Shown here: piece after piece, positions 38,246 through 51,230 of the stretch
How positions within the stretch are numbered: the stretch's first letter is position 1
How the letters are laid out: every line of letters starts with the position of its first letter
Assembly (NCBI GenBank): GCA_002633005.1
Contig: NMRA01000578.1
Location: forward strand, 197,952-261,951
Length of the DNA: 64,000 bases
Reading direction: 5' to 3'
Source: Phoronis australis
Lineage: Eukaryota > Animalia > Phoronida
The notes under the pieces: generated by a model
What the model saw: the letters and a program-made list of their open reading frames with translations, nothing else
Told to the model about the DNA's origin: nothing
The model's database searches: none
Position numbers and translations under genes: made by a program

Positions 38246-40334
38246 ACGAGTTGACGCTACGTTTGAGTGCTGTCTGGACGCCATTTAAACTAGTGACAAC
38301 TTACACCGCAATATCGAGATGGGTTAACTTGTTTCAGTTAAGGTAACTCAGTCGTGCTACTTGTAGTCGCCGCTGCAAAAGTGGGGTCGGGCGGAAGTAA
38401 TTATCAGCCGTGGTTACATACACAGACGGGATTTCTTGCGAGCGCCATACTTGCGTTAGATATTCATTGTCATGCACAAAGCGACAACTTCCGCCTTGCC
38501 CTAGTTATCGGGTATGTGTGTGTGGACGCTCCGTTCAAACGTGGGATAAGTTGCACTGGTGCAAGTTGCTCTAGAAAAGGCTGTGTGTGGACGGGACTAC
38601 AGCCATCAGTGCGGTCTGGGGTTTTACTTCTGTTACACGCAGATACGAAGTCCGTGAACCATTACTACACGCATAGAATTCTAGCCCTGCGATTGAGTGC
38701 TAAGACGGATAGATATGATCTTTGGCTACACGCAATCCGACACTGGCCCGTCAACAACAAATATATGCGACGACACGTGACGATGCGTTTTGTCAGTAAT
38801 TCAACAAAAGGGTGCAATGAACGTCCATAAATCCTTGGTGTACGTTCATTGCTGTTAATAGTTTTCAACATAATGATGTTTAGACACCAAGTACGTTCGA
38901 GTTTTAAAAACCGAGATAAACTAAATGCATCAGAAATCACACGAAAAGAACAGAGTTCAGTCACTTGTAACTGTTAATGCGTATCTTCCATGTTTTGTAT
39001 CATATGTCGTCCGACAGTCCAACAGACATTGAAATGAATACATTATTACCATTTTATGTGAATAAAATATAAACATTACTATATCACCAATCAAGGCAAT
39101 AGTAAGGAATTTATAACTGTTTCAATTCACTCAACAAATTTCTGGTCGAAAATATTTTTTTAAATATTGTATCCTGGGAATTTTAGTTTAGATCACTTCT
39201 CATGGGGATTGCGAAACTGGAATAAGAATTTCAAAAATGTCAAAAAATGACTCTGCACCAATTTAAGAACCTAGGGTATAATGTATTACGTAAATATTCT
39301 GGTGTTGACGTACCTTCCAGTCGTTCAGAGAGTATCCGACTTGGCCGTCCTATATCAGTGTGATAACCGGCCGGCGACTACCGGGTTAAAAGTAAGAAGC
39401 GTGATGTTTCTGGCGTGAAGAGTATCTACACAAATACACACATTCACACACATATGTATATATATATATATTTGTACAATTCCGTGACGTTGATGTATTT
39501 CAAAGGAATGTGCACACTATACCCAACAACAGGACGTTCGGTTGTTGTGGACAAAAAACTGCACGATTGTATCAGTGAATCATCATCGCTATCATTATTT
39601 TTTGGGGGCCAACCTAGAAAGAGTAGAGCGGGACTCATACGCATAACTGAACATGTTGAAAAGGACAATCCCCAACAAAACACTATCAGAGTACAAATTT
39701 ATCGGGCTGTTTGGCCCCCTGCGTGAAACAAGTCCCAGGCCCTGCGTGCCTCTTCGATTAGACACACTTCTTTTCCTCATCATCATCATCTTCTTCATCA
39801 CCATCATCGTCATCGTCATTGTCATCATCATCGAAGTCGCCTTCATCATCATATCATCTCTGTAACTACTAAATGTACTACCGTTATTGCAGCCCCATTA
39901 GGCCCGTGGGCGTCTGTGCGGAACTGCGCCTATATGCAAAACTGAGGCGCATGCGCCAATATGTGAAGCACTTGTGCAAAAAAGGCTGTGAAAGGTATTG
40001 TTTCGAATATAAATCTATGAGCCTAAAAGCGCGGCAATACGGTAATACAAAATTCTGAATTTCTTGAAAATACTCCAAGAAACTCCAAAGATACAGAGGC
40101 AAACGTAAGATATGCCATTAGGAGGCGCAGCGGTAGTCAAAACGGGTGCGTCTATATGCAGATTAATGCTAGAGCCTATGCATGACGAACGATATTACAC
40201 TAATTTAAAAAATATCTCTTTAAACAAGCAAATAAACGTCTGCTCTGGTTGTCGAAGTAGTTTTTGGCTAAGAAATAAATACCAGGTCGATGAAAATGGT
40301 AGTCAGGAATTGAGGCAGGGTCATCGAAGCATAA

Positions 40335-40460
40335 ATATAGATTAATACATTGCGAAGTCGTCATCCCCATATTCTAGAGCCCCTCGGGCGATAATTTTCC
40401 AAAATTCACTCGGGCTCTAGACTATGGGGGATAACGACTTCGCCATGTAATAATCTATAT
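40335..40460. mobile_element. 126-bp palindromic MITE, unit 2-specific
   Basis: atatagattaatacattgcgaagtcgt...acgacttcgccatgtaataatctatat folds back, with ATAA on both sides. The empty site gaagcataagtgaa is in unit 1. Confidence 0.8.
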
Positions 40461-40877
40461 ATAAGTGAAATTAATAAACGCCCGGTTTCTACGAGAGTCT
40501 TTGGGATAAAAACAAAAATTCAGTGTATACGGAACCTGAATTACAATCACATTCAAGAATTTTCGCCACTATTCAATTTTAAAACGAAAACTGGACTAGA
40601 AAGCTGCACACCGTCTGGCTGCAGTGGATGCGGTCCCAGCTTGAAATCAAACTTATGCGCCAGCAGTCTCTATGCGTTTTCTTGTGCTTTTTTGCCACTT
40701 GCACAAAAATTACCTAGTAAAAATGCTTGAATTTGGTTAGAGTTAAAGATCTGTGGTTAGGGATTTGGTTGGTGCGTGTTTTAACACCGAACACCGTAGA
40801 AATTGAATGTTTTTACGGTGTGCGGTAATGGTGATTTCCGCCCACTGAGTTATATTATCTTCTTAGTACCAAATTAT

Positions 40878-41016
40878 AGGAAAAGGCAACTTTTATCGTG
40901 TCATTTTTAGCAAAAACACATATCGTTGATTATCACAGACATATGTTTCAGTTAATTACGGCTTCCCGTGTGACCTACTGCTGAAATGACGTTCAGGGGG
41001 TTAAGAATTTCCCGCC
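40878..41016. mobile_element. Kolobok left TIR only, at the unit 2/3 junction
   Basis: AGGAAAAGGCAAC...ttaagaatttcccgcc matches 23656-23795, then switches to sequence from the start of the unit. Confidence 0.8.
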
Positions 41017-42921
41017 GTGATTAGCCTTCCTGATAGAGCTTTATTGAAAATTGCGCGCTATAAGGTGGGAGACGACACAGATTACAAAAAGAATGATGCT
41101 GTCTAGCGTTTTCATCAATCATACAACAACTGTTATTTTAGTTGGCGTTCTTTGTACCAAGGGCTTCAAACAGACTTGTAAGTGAGTGTCGCTGTCTCTT
41201 TTGTTATACATGCATAGAAAAACATAATGTGGCACTGATATAACCCACCTGCTTTTGTGTTGCTTTATGTCCAAGTGTTTGAGCTGCAGTAAATTTATTT
41301 CAAAGATTCATATACATTTCAACTGAATCACAACACTCAGTATCAGATTTCGTCAATTGTATTTGTCTTTCCAAGTAATTATGTCAGCCTGAGTTGATCA
41401 AAATTTGGAGCTCATCTCTCAAAGCTGAAACTTTTATTCATTTTTCAAGTAAGCTCTGACGTCACTTCCTTATAACCATTATTATCCATGCTGGTTTCTT
41501 CGGTGTTTAATCCTCGTAACTTTTCTGTCGTGAAATACAGATGCCATCTGAAATGTAACAGACATACTTTTATCTGCCTTTAAAATTAGGACACAATTGA
41601 TCGAAAACTGCACACACACGCACACACACGCACACACACATACATACATACATACATTTATTCATTCATATATTAGGCCTGCAAGAGTAAAGCTGTCATA
41701 CATGCAACACACACCTGTGTACCATGAAATTAAACAATGAAGCGTAAAGCAACACAGAGTTTCAACAAATCTGTTCATAGGGAAATAGAGTCATGTTCTG
41801 ATCCATTTACATGTATTTGATTCATGCTTTGATATGCAATGACGATTATTAACCTGGTCACCAAGTCTCGGAAATTTGACAAAAGGTTGAAAATTGTTTA
41901 CAAAATCGGTTATTTGTAAAGTTGTGTGCGTGACTAACGCATCGGATAAAGTAATGGCCCATTGTGGGGAATGACTGCTACGGTAACATCGAATCACAGG
42001 GCTTCTTTGTCGGATAATGAAGATATGGTTTAGCTGAGTAATTATTTGTTTCTCAGGGAAGGCAATACCCGTGCAATAACAAGTGTCAGGACAAGTTAAG
42101 ACTTTAGTATCCTTTTAAAACTGGATTTCATCTGTATTTAGCAGCCAAAAACGAAAAAATAGTTGAGCCACTTAGGCTCATAAAACCTTTACCAAAAAGA
42201 ACATCAAACCAACAGCGACTCAAGAAAATTCTAGTTCAAACACCTTATTTGAACGGAAAATCATTACGTCACATCCATAGCAATTACTCAGAACAGGGGA
42301 TAAAGAATATGGCGGCCAACCGGCGTATTCCCATGCACCAATGTGTTTTAAAATTTAATACGGGCAAAATTCAACAAAACCACCTTCTTTATATCTGAAG
42401 CTCATTTCACAGGATCAAAGGATCTGTGAACTGGTGAATTTCCAGTAACAAAGTTTGACCTAATGCAATATCCCGCAGAAAAGTGACAAGGGTTAGAACC
42501 AATCTCCTAGACAACCCAAGTAAGGTAACGTCACTCATTCCGTCCCTATTCGAAAATGATGCATGTATGTATTGCCTGTGACGTGAGTTGCTTGCTTATT
42601 CTGCAATAATGCAAGATGGGATGAGCGTGGTAATGTTTTGAGTCCAAAAACGCTAAGAGAAATATGGCAGTTAAACATCACCGAAATGCCCTTTAAGTTT
42701 TGTTAATAACAAATGTTACTGATCAAATAATTATCATCTGTTCAATGTGGTTTGCAGATGTATGACTTCAACACCCTACCAGTTAAAAGATTGTTGAAAA
42801 AGAGTTAGATATCTACAAAACTGCAACCCAATTTGCTGACTATCATAAAAAGCATAAATATTCTGGAAGTAAAACAGTGTGTAATACCTAATTTTGAACC
42901 TTGTATCAATCTATGGAATAT

Positions 42922-43141
42922 AATCAAGGAGTCTAGTGCAACAGGAGTGTTCCTTTGTGTGTTATCGCTACTACTAGCGCCACCAAGTAGCGAATAAGCA
43001 ACGGTCAAGCACGAAGCACGAGAATAAAGACGAAGGGCGTCTTTTGCAGGGCAATAAATTGCACAAATTTATCCACGAAAACACCAGAACTGTCATTTTT
43101 TTCTTTTCCTAAGTATCCAGAAAAATACACACTCCTTGATT
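42922..43141. mobile_element. Unit 3-specific MITE
   Basis: Inverted ends AATCAAGGAGT / ACTCCTTGATT; absent from the other units. Confidence 0.6.
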
Positions 43142-43976
43142 TAATGTTCATCTTTATGCCAATCTGCCATTCTTTGTATCAGGTGGTCATGTGTTTTGGT
43201 AAAATTAAGGAAAAATGATGGAAGTTACGTACAAAAAAAACAACAATAATAATAACACTGAAAATTTCCGTTGCTTTAGGCGTTCGAAATGAACCCTCAA
43301 ATCGCTGTCATGGTTTTCTGCATTATCCTTTCGAGATGAATATGTTCATACAAAAATGAAACATTTTGAAAGCAATTTCCTATAAACTTTTTGGAAAACA
43401 GTTTATAAACCTATGACATATTCAGGATAATCAGACAGCTAATTTTTATGATAGAGGCTCCGACAAAAACCATATTTTCATATTGTTAGGATTATGGTAT
43501 CACCGCAATTCTGTATCGATCAACAATCGTGCAAGTTGACAATAACTGGCAGCATGACTGCATTTATGTTCTGCATTTGTCTTTCTATTTTCAAAATAGA
43601 TTACCATTAGCTTACATTTTACGTCGTCCTTTTCCACGTCGATACGCCCGACAACGATAAAGTCTTTGTAGTGGGCACTTCTTACAGATTTTAAGAATCA
43701 GTCATCCTGTAAGTACAACGTAGAACAAACAAAGATTATCAATATTTCACATTGGTCATGCTGCAGGAACACGATCTTTTGCTCAATATGCTGTATGGAC
43801 AAATAAGGTACAACATTACAGTGGCGTAATTTAACTTTTCTGGCAAGACATTTCATCCACGGAACGTAGCGACGTGGCATCGTATATTCGTGAATTCATC
43901 GTTCAGCGTGAGTCCCGGTCGGAAGAGAGATCATTTCAGACTAAGTGTGACGTGACCAACCTATGGCGTGGAAGAC

Positions 43977-44185
43977 CATAGGCGGATTTAGGGGGGGGGG
44001 CTTGGCTGCCGCATGAAAAACGAAACAGATACAGCGTGAAGCGTGAGGAAATAGGGAATCGTGTTCCCGTTTTTTTATTAGTCCACCGATAGATTTTCTG
44101 AACAGAAGGTCTACATACCTGGTTCCCGAAACTTTCGGGCCGCCTGTGCACTTACAATCGCGCTTGCCCAATTCCCCCGCCACTG
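43977..44185. mobile_element. hAT-like MITE with 5-bp TSD
   Basis: CATAGGCGG...CCGCCACTG flanked by AAGAC on both sides; unit 3 only. Confidence 0.75.
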
Positions 44186-45674
44186 AAGACGACTGATCAA
44201 TCTTCCGTATACTTTATCAACACACTGTATTTTTCTTCTTGGAACACTTTTTGCACCTTTTGGATAATTGACACCTGTTACATTAACGGCCGACCGACTA
44301 ATCTTGTCGTTTATTCCTCCTTACGTTTTTTTTTCTTATCTTTAATTATTTTTTCGCTTATGTCGCATTTGTTTGGTTAGCCTCTGGCTGTTTTTTTTTT
44401 GTTTAGAAAAGCTGTAAACGATTTTCCACCGATAATACTAACTCTTATTTTCGTTCGATTTCATGGTTTGAACACTCTGAGTAGGTATCCAGAAAGTTGA
44501 ATAGGGAGTAGTGATATCAAGTTCATGTTATTGTGATCTGCTCGTGTGTTAAATTCAATTAGATATCGATAACTATCACATACTGTTATTACACGGAACA
44601 GCAAGCTGTTGGCGAAATAATAGACAATTAGTTGTTTCAGTTCAACGCATGGATACAAACTTTAAGGCTTAAGAAAGATTGGTTTTGTGTTAATTACCTC
44701 AGTCTACTTCCTATCAAAGAGAGTTTTGCACAAGTTTCTCTAACCTTTTTAAAGGTGTTTCGAGTGGTAATCTAAACTTCACCCGCAACCACTGTAATAT
44801 CAAAATGATTGTAAGTATTACGCGTATCTCACATTGAAGTGATAACCATGACTACTGGTCTCAGAGCTCTTACCAGCAAAATGGAATGCTTACCACGGTA
44901 GGGAGCTCTAGCCTCTGTCCACAAAATACTGACCGGGTCTTGTAGGAACTCGTGGGACGCGCAAAGAACCCTATGGTACATGGTAAATTCGTGTAGTTGA
45001 AGTTCAGCTCCTATAGTAAGGGTTCTCTCGGTGACTGGTAAGAAGTTTGTGAAGGGTGGTAAGAGCTTCCCTTCCGGTCCGTGTTATATGCTGTGCGACA
45101 CGAAGTTATTAAGGGCTTGCCTACCATCCCTGTGGCAAATCAAGGTTTCATATCAAAAAGGGAAATAAATTCTCCGTTGTGGAACCACTGCTCACCTGGA
45201 ATACGACGTCTAGTTGTCGGATGACACAACCACACGACTTACTTAGTCCAATTGACGCAATACTTCGCCATGTTCAATTTGGCAGGGTCTGTAAATTAAA
45301 ATAACTCGGCAACATTTGACCATGTTTTGACCCTTTTGTCAAAACAACCACTTAGTAGCACTCGTTCATTGCAGTCACCCGCCAAATGAACTTCAAAACA
45401 TTAATTTAGCCAGTTTTATAGACTACAAAACAAACACCTCGAACACCACTCGGTTTGTAAGTCCAATTACCAAGTAGTTGAAGATTGACTACAAACAACA
45501 TTTAGAAAAATTCTATACTTCAAAGAATAGAAAAAGGCACCTGGTTGTTTTTTCTACGTAGAATACGTTTACATTACAAAGGTTAAGAATTGTGATGTAG
45601 AGACAAAAAACATGTTTGAAAATGACAAATAAATTGTGATCTCAATTTTAGAGAAAGCTGGGGGTGAATTGTGC

Positions 45675-45919
45675 TTACGCTGAGCTTTTTGGTTTTGTGT
45701 ATGTTTTTGTATATTATTATTTTGTTAAAATGTCCTCTTTTATTTCCGTACCACTATCTTCTTGTTTTTGTTTTCTTTACCTTTGGTGTTTTTTCTCAAT
45801 ATTATGTATCACTTACGTAACCAATTGTTCTATAGTTAACAGGTTAGATATAATGGTTCGCTTTCTGGGCTAAATATTTGTATTTTAATGAATTGTAATT
45901 TATTTGTGTGGCAATAAAA
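45675..45919 (+). mobile_element. 5'-truncated LINE-type 3' UTR insertion
   Basis: T-rich, unit 3-specific insert ending AATAAAA, with tgtgc repeated on both sides. Confidence 0.45.
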
Positions 45920-46837
45920 TGTGCCTTTTACAAAGGCTTACGTTAAACCACAATAAAAAAGCATCAACATTTCATAACTGTTGGACAAATTTTAATTGAA
46001 CTAATTAATTACAAAAAGCAACACTTATCACTTTGTCGATGTTTTTATCGGTTTTTCTTCATAAACCACCCCCCAGAAAGGCCGTTTGTCAACTGCTGAA
46101 CAATCCTGACACTCTTCGCCCTCGCTTTCAAATCCGTCTGGTGTTTCTAGCTTGTCCAGAAGTTCTGCAAATACAGAAACGTCGTTATACCATTGGTGTC
46201 TCAGTTGGACGAAAAACTCTAATCTTTCGCGCTTTTTAGTGTCTGAGAAGACGGATATATTGGTTTATGGTACGGTGAGTCGACATTCCCAATTTTTGTC
46301 GATTTCATCAGGAAAGGAGTTACGTTCTTTGGTCACCTTCGCGGCCACGTTCTCTGATACAAACTTATTTTAATTTGAGGTTGGCTTTCCTCTTTCTCCA
46401 ACTTGTTGTATCTGAGTAAAACACTGCCAAAATCAATTGATGAAAGACGTACTGCTCTCGGTATTTTATTTCTATTCCCTTTCCAAAATAAAATGAGAAG
46501 ATCGAAGTTGTTCGTGAAGTGACTTCAAGAAGTTTTATGTTTTTCAACAGTTTTAGCTCGTCCAATGAACTTCTGTCTTTTCTCACCATCAGCAGAACAT
46601 AAATTAGATGTTCTCGCTCTTTTTGATCCCCAAAAATTATGGCTTCACATATAGATTAAACACGTTAAATGCGGGTTAAAGAGCTAAAATATCACCAAAA
46701 GTCCTAGCGTTGCCATAGAAGCGTGGGACTTGCAGGCTAACTTCAGAATTTGCATATTTTTTCTGACGGATACAAAATCAAAATAAAAAATATTCTCCAT
46801 TAAACTACACAGCCCAAAGTAGTAGTTACACCTTGAA

Positions 46838-47816
46838 ATTTTCGTCCACTGAAGGGTGGGCCTTTGGAAGTTGTACCATGGCTCTCAAGAAAAAAGTCAT
46901 CCAGCGTAATTCGTATGTCCAAATGCAAAAAAAAACATAGACACAATTCTTCACATGGGCTTTTAAAGTCAATGGCCAATTGCCCAATCTCTGACCTCGA
47001 ATGAAGCGACAGTTAATTAGCAGGTAGTCTCTTATTACAATTTTCCAGTAACAAACTGTTGGAGCATTGCAGACTCATTTTTCCCACATATCAAAGCTTT
47101 CGTGAGGTCCAGACTTTTCATGACAGTACTCATCATCATATGCCTGTTTCTTTAATTCATTAAGCCAGAGTGTGTTGGTATGCACATCTGGTACGTTGAC
47201 ATGCTTTCCACCCAGAGGAGATGGTGCAAAACCAGGAGTGAAGACATTGTCTAGGGATAACATGTGGTCCCATCCAACAGTTTACCTCCACTCTCTTGAG
47301 ATGCCATTTCGATGTGGAGCATGCCCATGAAGCATAGGTCTACCATTTTTGATTCACCGAACTCATCAGGGAAGCCATTGCATTTTTTCTTCATAGCATT
47401 ATATGCAGCCTGATTCAAACCAACAAAAATAATATAACCAATAGATGCAAGAGTGGAGCTGCGCGAGAACAAGCGTTTGACATTTTCTATCCGGACACAA
47501 GGCGCGTGACCAAGCGTTTGGTATTTTCAGTTCATAGAAAGTGTAAAAAGATTTTAATGGCCTCAAAGCATAAAAGTAACATCAAAAATATTGGAAACAT
47601 GGATTTACAACATGATCTGGTGATGATAATAGCCGAGATATGCCAATTTCCATTTTCGGCGGCGGCCACGTTGGATTTTGTGCGTAGCGGCCACTAGGGG
47701 GTTAGCACAATTTGTTTGCGGTGCTTTTTAGAAATGTTCCACCTATTCCTAACATTGTACCAATTTGCAGAAACTTGTCACAAAGTGCGCGATTTTCATG
47801 AATTCCTTCTCCGCTA
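46838..47816 (-). mobile_element. Truncated AcademX transposon (terminus plus catalytic-core fragment)
   Basis: Minus-strand terminus TAGCGGAGAAGGAATTCATGAAAATCGCGCACTTTG at 47816. Core motifs NQAAYNAMKK..FPDEFGESK..MGMLHIEMA..GKLLDG and FIRGQRLGNWPL..FFAFGHTNYA resemble Academ DQPLY..LGGLHIEMA..FFAxDHxNYARW. Confidence 0.8.
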
Positions 47817-50312
47817 CTAGAACTGGGTATTGGTTGAGTCACCCAAGCTCAACAAAAATCATAATTCATCTTCCGTTAGCGACAAATGATTTAGAGTGGG
47901 CCACGATGGTGTATGATACCAGTGTTTACACATTGCCGCCCCTTTATTGGCTGGAATGAACAGCTTGATTTACATGTCGCAGCTATCCTATAAATCATCG
48001 GCAGCACCTATACATGTTTAGAAAGAGTCGGTGACTGGAACATGAATTCATGAAACGTGCCAGATCAAGATGTCCACATAGTCATTAGATTAGTCTGGGC
48101 TTTTACTTCTCAGTGTTACACGCAGATACGAAATCAGGTTAAGCCCGTCAAGCATTACTACACGCCTAGAAATCTAGCCCTGCGTTAGAGTTCTGTGCAC
48201 CAAAGACGGATAGATTCGGTTTCTGGGTACACTCAAGCCAACACAGACCCGTTAACAACATAAACGATGACATTTGACGATGTTTTGTTGGTAATTTAAC
48301 AAAATGAACGTCCATGAATCCTTGGTGTACGTTTATTGCTGTTAATAGTTTTATAACGATGCTCAGACACCAAGTAGGTTCGAGTTATTCAACTTTAGAA
48401 AAAACGAGATAAACTAAATACATCAGAAATCACGCGAGAAGAATAGATTTCAGTTGTTAGTAACTGTTTATGCGTATCTTTCATGTTTCGTATCAATATA
48501 CATATGTCGTCAGTCTAACAGACATTGAAATGAATACAATAATTCCATTTTATGTGAATAGAATACTAACATTACCATATCACCAATCAATGCAATAGTA
48601 AGGAATTTATAACTGTTCCAATTCACTCATCAAATTTTCAGAAGGAAATTTTTTAAAAATATTGTATCCTGGGAACTTAAGATGAGATTACTTCTCATGG
48701 GGATTGAGAAACTGGAATAAAAATTTCAAAAATATCCTCAGTCATTCAGAGAGTATCCAAGTTGGCCGTCCTAAATCAATGTGATAACCAGCCTGCGGCT
48801 ATCGGGTTAAAAGTAAGAATCGTGATGTTTCTGACGTGAAGTGTACCTGTACACACACACACACACCCACACATATATGCATGTATGTACAATTCCGTGA
48901 CGTTAAGGTAAGTCACTATACCCAGAAAAAATGCCACTGCACGGTTTTATTGCATCAGTGAGTCATCGTCGCCTTCATTATTCTTGGTGGTCAACTTAGA
49001 AAAGTAGAGGACTCATGCGCATAAAGTAGAGCCATTCTCCGACGAAAGAGGAAAACAGAACATGTTAAACAGGACATCCTCCAACAAAACACTATCATAG
49101 ATAGAAGAGCCGTTTGACCCCTGCCTGAAACACAAGTCCCAGGCCCTGTCTGCCTCCTCGATTAGACACACCTCTTTTCCTCCTCCTCATCTTCATCACC
49201 ATCATCGTCATCGACATTGTCATCATCATCGAATTCGTCGCCTTCATCATCATATCGTCTACGTGACTAGTAATGTACTAGCCGCGCCATTAGGCCCATG
49301 GGCGTCTATGCAAAACTTAGGCGCATACTCCAATATGAGAAGTAGTTGTGTAAAAAAGGAGAGAAAAAAGGCATTTCGGATATAAACCTATGGGCCTAAA
49401 GGCGCGGCAACACGGTAATACAAGACCATTTACCAAAGTTCCAGAAAATATTCCAAGGAACTCCAAAGATATGTACAGAGACAAACGTAAAAATGCCATT
49501 AGGAGGCACAGCGGAAGTTAATACGGGTGCGCCTATATGCTGATTAATGCATGGGCCTATACAGGCCGAACTACACTACACCATTTCAAAAATTATCTCT
49601 TTAAAAAGGGAATAAATATCTGCTGTCGTTGTCTTGGTAGTATTGGCTAAGTATAAAACGTCAGGTCTCTGAAGATGGCAGTCAGGAATTGAGGCAGGAT
49701 CTGTGAAGCATAAGTGGAGTAAATAAACGCCCGGCTTCTATAGGAATCTCTACGATAAAAACAAAATTATCAGTTGATGCGGAACCTGAATTCCCAACAC
49801 ACTCAAGAAATTTTGCCACAAACTAATGCGCCAGCATTCTTTATGTGTTTTGTTGTGCTTTTTGCCACTTGTACAAAAATTACCTGGGAAAAAGTGCTTG
49901 AATTTGGTTGAATTTCAAGATCCGTGGTTAGGGATCTGGCTGGTGCGTGTTTTAACCTGAATGTTTTTAAGGTGTCCAGTAAGGAGATTGCAACCTTTTT
50001 TCACGTCGTTTTTAGTAAAAATACGGTTCGTTGAATATCTCAGACATATGTTTCAGTTAATTGCGGCTTCGCGCAATTTTATTAGTTAGTCGTGACGTAC
50101 TCTGGAAGTGACGTTTAGGGGGTGAAGAATTTCCCGACATTTTTTTCTGCGTTGGAGTTTACTGTGAGGATCTGTTCTACTGTTATTTTCGTGCTGGTTT
50201 TCTAAACTTGTCGTCATCACTTCCCATCGACGAGCATTCTACAACAAGCTGGGTTGTTAGAGAACACAAACACGCTGGATTTAGGGATGGTTTACTTTGT
50301 AGTGGTCTGAAA

Positions 50313-50583
50313 ATGGCTGTAGTCGGCGACCCATATCACAGGCACAGTGACGTGAGTGACGGAGACATTGTTTATAGCAGTAGTGACGAGGGATTTTTTC
50401 ACGAACAGTCAATGGGTGGATGTATGTTTAAGCCCGAGTATAGTGAGGCAGAATATGCAGTGACAGTTGTTGAGAGGGATGAGGCAGTGACTGAGAACAG
50501 ATGTGATGGTACGTCTTGGTCCAAATGCACGATGTGCACTGTTGTGCCGACGTCAATAGAATGCCTATGCTATTGCCACTGGA
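50313..50583 (+). pseudogene. KolX (P2X7 C-terminal-like Cys domain) N-terminal remnant
   Basis: ...CMFKPEYSE...TSWSKCTMCTVVPTSIECLCYCHW matches the YxFEP...WCxCxxCxxMPTxxECxCC motif. Confidence 0.75.
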
Positions 50584-51230
50584 TGGTGACCCGATCACCC
50601 AAACCGCTTTCATACCGCCATGTGACTCCCTTGACACACACGTGGCACCTTCTAAATAGCTCCAATACTTTAGTCAAGTCCAGAATGAACTTATCAAAAA
50701 TCTTCTCACTGGCCTGTTCACTGGACAACGAGCTGTCCTCAGTGGGTTTCGAACTGGGCCTGTTTTCATTCCCATTACACAACATCGCTGCATGGTTGCT
50801 TACAGGCTCTGGGCTGGAGACAACACCAGCACAGGGCGAATCACGGCTAGCTCCCGGAATTGCACGCTCTGGAGTACATTCGGAGGCACGAGGGACAGTA
50901 GATGAAAGGTCTTTAGTCACTGTAGAGGCCACAGCTCGCGAGGCTTCTCGCTTCAAAAACGTACTTCTCGGGGGTGGCAACGGAATCAACAGCCTTGTTT
51001 TGCGGGAACCTTCATGAATTCTGCGTAAACATCTCTCTCGTAATCCCACGGTAAAAAAACTTGGCACATACTCCGTAATTCTCCCCTGCTTTGTACGTTG
51101 CATGGACGGGTAACGCTGCGTTTTTCACACGAACGAGCCAAGTACGCCGAAGTGTGTCATCTTTCGGAGAGCGATTCAATTGCATACCTAGTTAATGAGG
51201 CTACTCCGGTAAGCAGCAACCATGCGGCAT
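50570..51230 (-). pseudogene. Kolobok transposase N-terminal remnant (THAP plus CxxC)
   Basis: MP..LNRSPKDDTLRRTWLVRVK..YGVCAKFF..DYER (THAP) and KFILDLTKVLELFRRCHVC (Kolobok KFIV..LLELFxxCxxC motif). DDE core absent. Confidence 0.75.

Larger units (their letters stand above)
27610..39870 (-). pseudogene. Decayed multi-exon gene, copy 2
   Basis: Same exons and splice signals as copy 1 (e.g. ORFs 27808..28131, 31540..31743, 33013..33207). Confidence 0.75.
27592..41016. repeat. Tandem segmental unit 2
   Basis: Colinear with unit 1. Enlarged by the 4.1-kb Academ insert and ends inside the Kolobok left TIR. Confidence 0.95.
41050..49270 (-). pseudogene. Decayed multi-exon gene, copy 3
   Basis: Same exons (e.g. 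ORFs 41791..41997, 46365..46589). The MKAV-type exon was lost at the Academ insertion. Confidence 0.7.

Noticed and set aside
39595-39865. Met-rich and Ile-rich ORFs as real membrane proteins
   Set aside because: Alternative frames of the D/E-encoding low-complexity block.
50208-51017. 269-aa ORF as a host P2X7-like gene
   Set aside because: It lies within Kolobok TIRs. Only about 90 aa are KolX-like and the rest is the antisense of the transposase remnant.
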